A stretch of DNA of 64,000 nt from Myxococcales bacterium (GTDB taxonomy: Bacteria > Myxococcota > Myxococcia > Myxococcales > JAKAPL01). The notes beneath the pieces are model-generated. The model was given only the letters and a program-made list of their open reading frames with translations, was not told the origin of the DNA and did not search any database. Both the position numbers and the translations under genes were made by a program. Positions 22,987-31,468 of this stretch are shown here, one piece after another (within the stretch, counting starts at the first letter, position 1; each line of letters opens with the position of its first letter). Location of the stretch: positions 48,515 to 112,514 of the forward strand of contig JAKAPL010000002.1 of assembly GCA_021807105.1 (NCBI GenBank), given 5' to 3'.

Positions 22987-24885
22987 ATGTCGTTTCGGAC
23001 GAAGCTGACGCTGGCCTTCCTCCTCGTGAGCCTCGTCGGCGTGGGGCTGACGGGCGCGGCCCTCGTCTACGGCAGCTACCAGGCGCAGATGGAGCAGATC
23101 GCCGAGAAGGAGCTGCTCCTCGTCCAGAACCGCGCGCACGAGATCCAGGACGACCTGACGCTGGTCTCGGCCGAGCTCGCGCGCCTCTCGACGCTCGCCG
23201 AGGTCGACCTCGCGGACAACGACATGGAGCCGGAGAAGCGCGTCCTGCGTTACGCCCGCAAGGACAGCAGCCTCTTCGCGATGCGCATCCTCCTGCTCGG
23301 CGACGACGGCACCTGCCTCTGGCTCGAGCCGGCCGACCCGGGGACGCTGGGCCGCTCGTTCTCCGCCGCGCCCTGGTTCGCCCGGCTGCGGCGCACCCTG
23401 CGGCCGGTCATCGCCGCCACGGGCGCGGCGGCCGGCGGCGATCTCGTCCGCGTCGCGGTCCCCATCCTCCGCAACGACCGCTTCTCGGGCGCCCTGGTGG
23501 GGCTGCTCCCCCGGCAGGCCCGCTTCGAGCGCGCGCTCCACCTGGACCTCGCGGCGAGCGGTGCCGCCGCGGTCCTCGACCCGTCCGGCCGCCTCCTCTT
23601 CCCGCTCGGCGACCGGCGCGGCGTCGCGGCGATCCGGCAGGCCGCGGCCGCGCGCGAGGGGCTCTCGGCCGCGGGCCGCGCCTGGGTGCGCGAGGACGGC
23701 CGCTCCTGGCTCTACGCCTTCGCGCCCATCCCCGCCGCCGGCTGGACGATGGTCCTGCGGGAGGCGCGCGACGAGCTGGACGACGACCTCGCCCGCGAGC
23801 TGCGCCTCTTCTCGCTCCTGCTCGTCATGGGCGTCACGCTCGCGGTCCTCGCCGGCTGGTGGCTCGCCCGCGTCGTCACCCGGCCGCTCCTCTCGCTCAA
23901 CGGGCGCGCCCAGCGGATCGCCGAGGGCGACTTCGGGACGATGCCCGAGCCGTCGCGGCGGCAGGACGGCGACGAGATCGAGGCCCTGGAGCGTGCGTTC
24001 TGGCGGATGGACCAGGCGATCTCCCTGCGCGACCGGGAGATCCGCGGCCTGGCCTCCACGCTGGAGGCCAAGGTCGAGGCGCGCACCGCCGAGCTCCGGC
24101 GCGCGCAGGGCGAGCTGCTCGCCGCGAACCGCTTCGCGGCCATGGGCAAGACCGCGGCGGCCATCGCCCACGAGCTGAAGAACGCGCTCAACGGCCTGGG
24201 CGTCGCGGTCGACCTGCTCGCCTCGGGCCACGCCCCGCCCGATCGCGCCGAGGCCATCCGGGTCCAGGTGCGCGAGGAGATCGCCCGCCTGCGCGACATC
24301 AGCGACAACCTGAACCTCTTCGCGGGCGAGCCGCGCCTCTCCCTCGGCCCGACGGACCTCCACGGGCTGATCGACCGGACGCTCGCGCTCCTCGCGCCGG
24401 CGCTTTCCGCGGGCGAGGTCACGGTCGAGCTGGACCTCTCGCCCGGCCCGGGGGGGCGCCGCGCGCCGCTCTTCGTCCCCGGCGACGCGGCGAAGCTCCA
24501 GTCGACGCTCATCAACCTCTGCAAGAACGCGATCGAGGCGATGGCCCCGGCCGCCTTCGGCGAGGGGATCGACGCGGCGCCGGTCCCGCGGCGCCGGCGC
24601 CTCACGCTGCGCACGCGCGTCGCGGGCGGCGAGGCGGCGCTCGAGGTGGAGGACAGCGGCGCGGGCGTCGATCCCGCCTCTGCGGCCCGGCTGTTCGAGC
24701 CGTTCTTCACGACCAAGCGGACCGGGACGGGCCTCGGGCTCGCCATCGCCCGCAAGGTCGTCGAGGCGCACGGCGGCCGGCTCGTGGCCCGCCCGCTCCC
24801 GCAGGGGACGATCTTCCAGATGGTGCTGCCGCGCGAGCCTCGGGCCGAGGCGGGCGCGCGGCCCACCCTCTCCGCGCTCGGATGA
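22987..24885 (+). CDS. Membrane sensor histidine kinase (periplasmic Cache-like domain, HAMP, HisKA, HATPase)
   Basis: Two TM segments flank a domain of about 250 aa. HAMP-like RPLLSLNGRAQRIAEGDF. H-box AAAIAHELKNALNGL. N, G1 and G2 boxes (LCKNAIEAM; EDSGAGV; GTGLGLAIA). Confidence 0.88.
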   Translation: MSFRTKLTLAFLLVSLVGVGLTGAALVYGSYQAQMEQIAEKELLLVQNRAHEIQDDLTLVSAELARLSTLAEVDLADNDMEPEKRVLRYARKDSSLFAMRILLLGDDGTCLWLEPADPGTLGRSFSAAPWFARLRRTLRPVIAATGAAAGGDLVRVAVPILRNDRFSGALVGLLPRQARFERALHLDLAASGAAAVLDPSGRLLFPLGDRRGVAAIRQAAAAREGLSAAGRAWVREDGRSWLYAFAPIPAAGWTMVLREARDELDDDLARELRLFSLLLVMGVTLAVLAGWWLARVVTRPLLSLNGRAQRIAEGDFGTMPEPSRRQDGDEIEALERAFWRMDQAISLRDREIRGLASTLEAKVEARTAELRRAQGELLAANRFAAMGKTAAAIAHELKNALNGLGVAVDLLASGHAPPDRAEAIRVQVREEIARLRDISDNLNLFAGEPRLSLGPTDLHGLIDRTLALLAPALSAGEVTVELDLSPGPGGRRAPLFVPGDAAKLQSTLINLCKNAIEAMAPAAFGEGIDAAPVPRRRRLTLRTRVAGGEAALEVEDSGAGVDPASAARLFEPFFTTKRTGTGLGLAIARKVVEAHGGRLVARPLPQGTIFQMVLPREPRAEAGARPTLSALG

Positions 24886-24934
24886 TCCGCCGCGCGACAG
24901 AGACCGCCCGCCGCGGCGGCCGTGAGGTGACGGG

Positions 24935-26353
24935 ATGAGGGCCAAGGTGCTCGTCGTGGACGACGAGAAGACGTTCCGGGTCGTGGCGGAGGCCGCGCTC
25001 GCCGCGGAGGGCTACGAGGTCGCGACCGCCGGGAGCGGCCGCGAGGCGCTCGACCGCTTTCGCGCCGATCCGCCGGACCTGGTCGTCCTCGATCGCAACC
25101 TCCCCGACACGGACGGCCTCGCGCTCCTGTCGCGCTTCCGCCCGCCCGGCGAGGCCGGCGCCCCGCTCGTCATCGTCGCGACCGCCTACGGCGACATCGA
25201 CCACGCGGTCCAGGCGCTCAAGCTCGGCGCCCACGACTACCTGACCAAGCCGCTCCAGCTCCCCGAGCTGGTCCACAAGGTCGCGGTCGCCCTCCAGGCG
25301 CGCCGGCTGGAGCACCGCCTCGACGCGATCGAGCGGGGCGAGCGGGGGCGGCAGGAGGCCGAGCCGCGGCTCGGGGAGAGCCCGGCCATGAAGCGGGTCG
25401 CCGAGCTGATCGCCGCGGTCGCCGGCAGCCCCGCCACCACGGTCCTGATCGAGGGCGAGAGCGGCACCGGCAAGCAGGTCGTGGCGAACCTCATCCACCG
25501 GCGGACGGAGCGGCGGGCGCAGGAGCCGTTCGTCGAGCTGAACGCGGCCTCGCTCCCCGACGCGTTCGTGGAGAGCGAGCTGTTCGGCCACGAGCGCGGC
25601 GCCTTCACCGACGCGAAGAGCCGCAAGGCGGGCCTTCTGGAGGTCGCCGACGGGGGCTCGCTCTTCCTGGACGAGGTCGGCGAGCTCTCCCCGGGCGTGC
25701 AGGCGAAGCTCCTCAAGGTGCTGGAGACCTCCACCTTCCGGCGGCTGGGCGGCACCGCCGACGTCCGCGTCGATGTCCGCTTCATCGCCGCGACCAACCG
25801 CGATCTCGACCGCGCGGTCGCGGAGGGCGCCTTCCGCGCCGACCTCTTCCACCGGCTCGCCGTCTTCCGCATCCGCCTCGCCCCGCTGCGCGAGCGGCCC
25901 GGCGACCTGCTGCCCCTCGCGCGCGCCTTCGTGAAGGAGCTCTCCGAGCGGATGGGCAAGGCGGTGGCGGGGCTCTCGCCCGAGGCCGAGGCGCTGCTCA
26001 CCGGCTACCCGTTCCCGGGGAACGTCCGCGAGCTGCGCAACGTGATCGAGCGGGCGGTGATCCTCGCGCCCGGCGAGGAGATCGGCCCGCGGTCGATCCT
26101 GCTGGGCGCCTCGCCCGGGGGGACGAGGGCCGCCTCCGGGGAGCGCACCCTCCCGCTCCTGCGCGAGGCCCTCGACCGGCTCGGCCGGCCGCCCACGCTC
26201 GACGAGCTGGAGCGGGACTACTTCGCCGAGGTCTGGCGGTACGCCTCGGGCAACAAGGCGGCCGTGGCGAGGCTCACGGGGCTCTCGTACCCCACCGTGG
26301 CCCGCAAGATCGCGGACTACGGGCTGGAGAGCGGCGTGAAGAAGCCCGGGTAA
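24935..26353 (+). CDS. Sigma-54-dependent response regulator (NtrC-family enhancer-binding protein)
   Basis: Receiver domain (VLVVDDE ... DLVVLDRNLPDTDG). AAA+ Walker A GESGTGKQ. Sigma-54 contact loop ERGAFTDA (GAFTGA variant). C-terminal Fis-type HTH GNKAAVARLTGLSYPTVARKI. Confidence 0.92.
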   Translation: MRAKVLVVDDEKTFRVVAEAALAAEGYEVATAGSGREALDRFRADPPDLVVLDRNLPDTDGLALLSRFRPPGEAGAPLVIVATAYGDIDHAVQALKLGAHDYLTKPLQLPELVHKVAVALQARRLEHRLDAIERGERGRQEAEPRLGESPAMKRVAELIAAVAGSPATTVLIEGESGTGKQVVANLIHRRTERRAQEPFVELNAASLPDAFVESELFGHERGAFTDAKSRKAGLLEVADGGSLFLDEVGELSPGVQAKLLKVLETSTFRRLGGTADVRVDVRFIAATNRDLDRAVAEGAFRADLFHRLAVFRIRLAPLRERPGDLLPLARAFVKELSERMGKAVAGLSPEAEALLTGYPFPGNVRELRNVIERAVILAPGEEIGPRSILLGASPGGTRAASGERTLPLLREALDRLGRPPTLDELERDYFAEVWRYASGNKAAVARLTGLSYPTVARKIADYGLESGVKKPG

Positions 26354-26812
26354 GGGCTCGCCGGCGGGCCGAAAGGCCATCGCCGCGCGATCGGCGGGCT
26401 CGCCGAGGGCGTGTCCGAGCACTTTCTCATGCTCGGCGACCGTTGCCCCACGTTCGGCGACCGACTCCCCGGCCTCGGCGACCACCTCCCCGCCCTCGGC
26501 GGGCTCGCCGAGGGCGTGCCCGAGCACTTTCTCGCGATCGGCGGGCTCGCCGAGGGCGTGCCCGAGCACTTTCTCGCGATCGGCGGGCTCGCCGAGGGCG
26601 TGCCCGAGCAAGTTCTCGCGATCGGCGAGGCCGCCGAGGGCGTGCGCGAGCACTTTCTCGCGATCGGCGGGCTCGCCGAGGGTGTGCCCGAGCACTTTCT
26701 CGCGATCGGCGAGGCCGCCGAGGGCGTGCCCGAGCACTTTCTCGCGATTGGCGACCGACTCCCCGGCCTCGGCGACCGACTCCCCGGCCTCGGCGAGCTC
26801 GCCGAGGGACCC
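26351..26812. repeat. Modular tandem array, 22 x 21-bp modules (42-bp a+b units interleaved with 21-bp c units)
   Basis: Modules: a = GGCGRGSYCGCCGAGGGCGTG, b = CCCGAGCACTTTCTCGCGATC, c = GGCGACCGACTCCCCGGCCTC. The order is a degenerate ab, ab, ccc, six ab, cc, then a half a. The period is exact at 26393, 26435, 26456, 26477, 26498, 26540 ... 26792. Confidence 0.9.
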
Positions 26813-29800
26813 TTACGCCGCGGGCTCGGCCCCCGCGGCCTCGCCCGCGCCCCCCGCGCGCCGATCGAGCCATTCGTGGGCGACGCGCAGGAGCGGCGGC
26901 TGGAGCGCGCGGGTGAGCACGGCGAGCTGGAGCGAGCCGCCGATGACCACGATGGCGAGCGGGCGGACCGTGTCGGCGCCGATGCCGTGCGAGAGGGCCG
27001 CCGGCAGGAGGCCGAGGGTCGCGACGAGCGTCGTCATCAGGACCGCGCGCAGTCGGCGGCGGCCGGCGTGGCGCGCCGCCTCCTCGGCGGACATCCCCTC
27101 GCCATGGAGCTCTTGGAAGTAGCTCACCATGAGCAGCGCGTCCTGGGTCGCGACCCCGAACACGGAGATGAAGCCCATCGCCGCGGAGGCCGAGAAGTCG
27201 GTGCCGGTCACGAGGAGCGCGAGGATGCCGCCCGTGATGGCGACCGGGATGTTCACGAGGATGATCGCGAGATCCACGGCATTGCCCGCGGCGCGGTAGA
27301 CGAGCAGCAGGATGAGCAGGAGGGCGAGCGGGACCGCGATCGCGAGCCGGGAGAAGGCCGCGTCCATCTCGTTGAACTCCCCCTCCCAGACGAGGTGGGT
27401 GTCGTAGGGCAGCTTCACCTGCCGGGCCACCCGCCGCCGCGCGTCCTCGATGGTCCCGCCGAGGTCGCGCCCGCGGACGCTGAACTTGACCGGCGTGTTC
27501 CGGTAGCCGTCGTTCCGGTAGATGACCGTCGGCCCCTCCACCCGCGCGATCCTCGCCAACTCGCCGAGCGGGACCGCGCCGCCGTCCGGCGCGGGGACGA
27601 GGATGTGGCGGATCGCCTCGACGTCCCTGCGCCAGGGCTCGGCCCAGCGGACCCGGAGGTCGTAGTGCTGCTCGCCTTCATAGACCTGCGAGACGACGGC
27701 GCCGCCCACGGCCGCCTGGACGACCGCGTTCACGTCGCCGGTGTTCAGGCCGTAGCGCGCGGCCGCGCGCCGGTCGATGGTGATGGTCAGATCGGGCTGG
27801 CCGATCGACGGGAAGACGCCCAGGTCCTGGACGCCGGGGACCTGGGACAGGACGGCGACGATCCGCCCCGCGATCGCGTCGTCCACGGCGAGGTCCGGCC
27901 CCACGACCTTGACCGAGTTCTCGCCCTTGATCCCGGAGACCGCCTCGTCGACGTTGTCCGCGATGTACTGGGAGAAGTTCACGAGGACGCCGGGGAACTC
28001 GCGCGAGAGCGCGCGCGTCAGCTCGTCGATGAGCGCGGCCTTGGTGACCCCGCGCGGCCAGTCCTCCTCGGGGGCGAGCGGCGCGTAGAGCTCCAGGTTG
28101 TTGAACTGCGCGAGGTCGGTGCCGTCGTCGGGCCGGCCGAGCTGCGAGACGACGCGCTCGACCTCGGGGTGGGCGCGCGCGGACAGGTCGCACTCCCGGG
28201 ACGAAGGAGGCGGCCGGCTTTGCCGGCCGGCGGGCGGAGGCCGAGGCGACGAGGCCGCAGCAGCTGGATCGACGGGGCAGCCCAGGAGGATGTTGCGGAT
28301 CTTCGGGACGTAACGGTCGGCCTGCGCGAGCGAGATCGACGTGGGGAAGGTGCAGCGGACCCAGAGGTTCCCCTCCTCCAGGTGGGGCATGAACTCCTTG
28401 CCGAGCCGCGGGAAGAGCCCGAGCAGGACGGCGACCGGGAGCGCGATGAGGAGGAGGGCGAGCTTGGGCCGCCGGAGCGCGGGGTCGAAGAGCCGATCGT
28501 AGAGGCGATGGATCGGGCGCATCAGCGCGCCCTCGTCCTCCCGCGCCGCGGGCGCGATGAAGCGGCCGGCGAGGACCGGGGTCAGGGTGAGGGCGAGGAG
28601 GATGGCGCCGCCGATGGCGAAGGCGTAGGTGCGGGCCATCGGGGCGAAGATCACCCCCTCCGCGCCGCTCATCATGAAGAGCGGGAGGAAGGCCACGGCG
28701 ATGATCGCCGTCGAGACGGCCATCGGACCGCCGACCTCGGAGGCGGCGGTGAGGATCCGCTCCTTCATCGAACCCTGGCCGCGATGGCCGAGGTGCTGGA
28801 AGACGTTCTCGATCATGATGACGGTCGAGTCGACGACGATGCCGAAGTCGATCGCCCCGAGCGAGATGAGGTTCGCGGGCGTGCCGGTGAGCTTCATCCC
28901 CAGGAAGGCGAAGAGGAGCGCGAGGGGGATGTTCACCGCGGTGATGAGGGCCGCCCGGCCGCTGCCCAGGAAGAGGAAGAGCAGGATGGTGACGAGGAGC
29001 ATCCCTTCGAGCGCGTTGTGGACGACCGTGTGGGTCGTCAGCCGCGTCAGCACGCCGCGGTCGTAGTACGGCACGATCTCCATGCCCGGCGGCAGGAGGT
29101 GGTTCTCCCGGATCTCGTCGAGCTTCCGGTAGATGCCCGCGAGCGTCGGCAGCGTCTCGCCGCCGTACTTCATGAGCACGATGCCCTCGACGATGTCCGG
29201 GGCGTTGTCCATGCCCACGATGCCGAGCCGGGGGGCGTGGCCGGCGGTGACGGTCGCCACGTCCGCGACCCGGACCGGCGTGCCGCCGCGCGCGGAGAGG
29301 ACCACGTCCTCGATGTCGTGCAGGTCGTGGATGAGGCCGATGCCGCGCACGTCGAAGGACTGCTCGCCGGCGGTCAGCCGGTCGCCGCCGACGTTGACGT
29401 TGGCGTTCCCGAGGGCGGCCTCGACCTGCCCGAGGGTGAGGCCGTAGCCGGCGAGCTTCATCGGATCGACGTCGACGTGGTACTGCTTGGTGAGGCCGCC
29501 GTAGGAGGTCACGTCGATGACCCCGGGCACCTGGCGCCAGGCCTTCTCCAAGATCCAGTCCTCGGCGGACTTCAGCTCGGTGAGCGTGTAGCCCTTGCCG
29601 GTGAGCCGGTAGCGGAAGACCTCGCCGATCGCGTTCCACGGCGAGATCGACGCGGTGACGCCGGGCGGCAGGGTGACCTGCGTCGCGAGCCGGTTGACGA
29701 CCTCCTGGCGCGCGGCCTCGTAGGTGACGCCCCAGCGGAAGTAGCACTTGACGTCGGAGAGGCCGAAGATGGACTGGCTGCGCACGTGGTCGAGGCCGGC

Positions 29801-30028
29801 CATGCCCGAGAGGCCCACCTCGGTCGGGACGGTGACGTAACGCTCGACCTCCTCGGCGGACCAGCCGATCGGCTGGCTGATCACCTCGACGAGCGGCGGC
29901 ACCGGCAGCGGGTAGGCCTCCACGTCCAGCGTCTCGAAGGCCCAGAGGCCGGCGCCGGCGGCGAGGAGGGCGAGCAGCAGGACGAGGGGCGGCGAGCGGA
30001 GCGCCCAGGCGACGACGCGGCGGATCAT
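26813..30028 (-). CDS. Heavy-metal-efflux-type RND inner membrane transporter (CzcA/CusA family)
   Basis: 1071 aa with a 12-TM RND architecture. The TM4 signature GAIDFGIVVDSTVIMIENV is typical of the HME-RND family. Confidence 0.92.
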   Translation of the reverse strand: MIRRVVAWALRSPPLVLLLALLAAGAGLWAFETLDVEAYPLPVPPLVEVISQPIGWSAEEVERYVTVPTEVGLSGMAGLDHVRSQSIFGLSDVKCYFRWGVTYEAARQEVVNRLATQVTLPPGVTASISPWNAIGEVFRYRLTGKGYTLTELKSAEDWILEKAWRQVPGVIDVTSYGGLTKQYHVDVDPMKLAGYGLTLGQVEAALGNANVNVGGDRLTAGEQSFDVRGIGLIHDLHDIEDVVLSARGGTPVRVADVATVTAGHAPRLGIVGMDNAPDIVEGIVLMKYGGETLPTLAGIYRKLDEIRENHLLPPGMEIVPYYDRGVLTRLTTHTVVHNALEGMLLVTILLFLFLGSGRAALITAVNIPLALLFAFLGMKLTGTPANLISLGAIDFGIVVDSTVIMIENVFQHLGHRGQGSMKERILTAASEVGGPMAVSTAIIAVAFLPLFMMSGAEGVIFAPMARTYAFAIGGAILLALTLTPVLAGRFIAPAAREDEGALMRPIHRLYDRLFDPALRRPKLALLLIALPVAVLLGLFPRLGKEFMPHLEEGNLWVRCTFPTSISLAQADRYVPKIRNILLGCPVDPAAAASSPRPPPAGRQSRPPPSSRECDLSARAHPEVERVVSQLGRPDDGTDLAQFNNLELYAPLAPEEDWPRGVTKAALIDELTRALSREFPGVLVNFSQYIADNVDEAVSGIKGENSVKVVGPDLAVDDAIAGRIVAVLSQVPGVQDLGVFPSIGQPDLTITIDRRAAARYGLNTGDVNAVVQAAVGGAVVSQVYEGEQHYDLRVRWAEPWRRDVEAIRHILVPAPDGGAVPLGELARIARVEGPTVIYRNDGYRNTPVKFSVRGRDLGGTIEDARRRVARQVKLPYDTHLVWEGEFNEMDAAFSRLAIAVPLALLLILLLVYRAAGNAVDLAIILVNIPVAITGGILALLVTGTDFSASAAMGFISVFGVATQDALLMVSYFQELHGEGMSAEEAARHAGRRRLRAVLMTTLVATLGLLPAALSHGIGADTVRPLAIVVIGGSLQLAVLTRALQPPLLRVAHEWLDRRAGGAGEAAGAEPAA

Positions 30029-31132
30029 CTACTCGGCCACCACGTCCGAGAGGAGGATCGCGCCCTTCACGACGATCTGGTCGCCCGGTTCGAGCCCGTG
30101 GAGGACGGGGAGGAGGTCGCCCGCCGCGCCCTCGTCGGCGATCACGGGCATCCGGACGTAGCGGTCGCGGCCCGGATCGACGCCGATGACCATCTGCTTG
30201 TCGCCGAAGTGGAGGAGGGCCTCGCGGGGGATGGCGAGGGCCCGGTGGCCCTCGGTCGAGAGGGTGACCGTCGCGTACATCTGCGCCTTGAGCAGGTGAT
30301 CGGGGTTTGCGAGGGTGCAGCGGACGGCGGCGGTCCGCTGCACCGGGTCGAGCTCGCCGGCGATCCAGTCGATCTTGCCGGGGAAGACCCGGCCCGGGTA
30401 GGCGACCGTGGTCACCTCGACCGGCGCGCCGACCTTCACCCGGGAGAGGTCCTGCTCGTACACGTCGGCGAGCACCCAGAGCTTCTCCTCGCGGCCGATC
30501 GTGTAGAGCTCCTGGGTCGCCCCGCCCGAGAACTGCCCCTGCACGTCGAGGCCGGGGTTGATCTGCCGGGCGAGGACCTCGCCGTCGATGGGCGAGACGA
30601 GCGGGAAGACTTGCGAGACGTGGCTCGCGCGGGCCTGCTTCATGAGCAGGCGGAGCTTCTGTTCGGCCCGCTCCTCCTCGGCGAGCGCCTGGGCGTAGGC
30701 GGCCCGGGCGGCCTCGAGGTCGCGCAGGGGGCCGGCCTGCGCGGCGTAGAGCTCCTTCTCTCGGGCGAGCTCCTTCGCCGTCTGGATCACCGCGGGCCGC
30801 GCCTTGTCCACGTCCGAGACGGCGTTGCCCATGTCCGGGGAGGCGAGGATGGCGAGCGTCTGCCCCCGCCGGACGTGGTCGCCGAGCTGGGCCAGGATCC
30901 GCGTGACCCGGCCGGTGACCGGCGAGAAGACGTGGGCGACCTCGTTCTCGTCGAAGGCGACGCGGGCGCTCGCGGCGAGCCGCCGGCCGACGGTCTCCTC
31001 GCGCACCTGCCGGACGGTGATCTGCGCGTTGACCTCGGAGGGCTTCGGCGCGGGGGGGAGCGCGTCGTCGCCCGCCTGGGGCTTCTGGCAGGCGGCGGCG
31101 GCGAGGAGGAGGAGGAGGAGGGGGACGCGCAT
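30029..31132 (-). CDS. RND efflux periplasmic adaptor (membrane fusion protein)
   Basis: Lipoprotein-like N-terminus LLLLLAAAACQ. Barrel-sandwich/hairpin pattern (VTGRVTRILAQLGDHVRRGQTLA ... coiled-coil ... VTTVAYPGRVFPGKIDWI). Its stop abuts the RND start. Confidence 0.85.
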   Translation of the reverse strand: MRVPLLLLLLAAAACQKPQAGDDALPPAPKPSEVNAQITVRQVREETVGRRLAASARVAFDENEVAHVFSPVTGRVTRILAQLGDHVRRGQTLAILASPDMGNAVSDVDKARPAVIQTAKELAREKELYAAQAGPLRDLEAARAAYAQALAEEERAEQKLRLLMKQARASHVSQVFPLVSPIDGEVLARQINPGLDVQGQFSGGATQELYTIGREEKLWVLADVYEQDLSRVKVGAPVEVTTVAYPGRVFPGKIDWIAGELDPVQRTAAVRCTLANPDHLLKAQMYATVTLSTEGHRALAIPREALLHFGDKQMVIGVDPGRDRYVRMPVIADEGAAGDLLPVLHGLEPGDQIVVKGAILLSDVVAE

Positions 31133-31141
31133 CGTGGAGTC

Positions 31142-31456
31142 CTAGCGGCGGACGAAGGGGACGCGGGCGAGGCGGCGCGCGAGGCGGCGGTGGAGGCGCG
31201 GGGCCTGGCGCCGGACGGGGAGGTGGGGCCGCGCGGCGCAAAGCGGGGAGAGGACCGGGGCGTCCCCGCGGGCCGGCGGGGGGCGGGATGCGGGTCGGAC
31301 CGGCGAGAAGGCCGTGCGCGGCCCGGCGCGGACCTCGTGCGGCGTCGCCGCGTGCGCCCGGGGCGCGAGGGCGAGCAGGGCGGCCGTAAAGAGGCCGCGC
31401 AGGAGGCTCCGAGGGGCGCGGATCGCCGGCAGGGCGGGGATGCTCTCTTTTCTCAT
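31142..31456 (-). CDS. Small exported protein inside the RND operon (possible CzcI/CusF-position accessory protein)
   Basis: ATG 12 nt after the OMP stop, preceded by GAGG. Signal-like RSLLRGLFTAALLALAPRAHA. GC3 is very high throughout. No recognisable domain. Confidence 0.4.
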   Translation of the reverse strand: MRKESIPALPAIRAPRSLLRGLFTAALLALAPRAHAATPHEVRAGPRTAFSPVRPASRPPPARGDAPVLSPLCAARPHLPVRRQAPRLHRRLARRLARVPFVRR

Positions 31457-31468
31457 GGCCTCGCGTCC

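Noticed and set aside
26393-26812. The periodic arrays at 26.4 kb and 10.9 kb read as CRISPR arrays.
   Set aside because: There is no alternation of constant repeats with unique spacers, because both halves of every 42-bp unit are conserved. The 21-bp units are too short, no cas genes are present, and no leader is visible.
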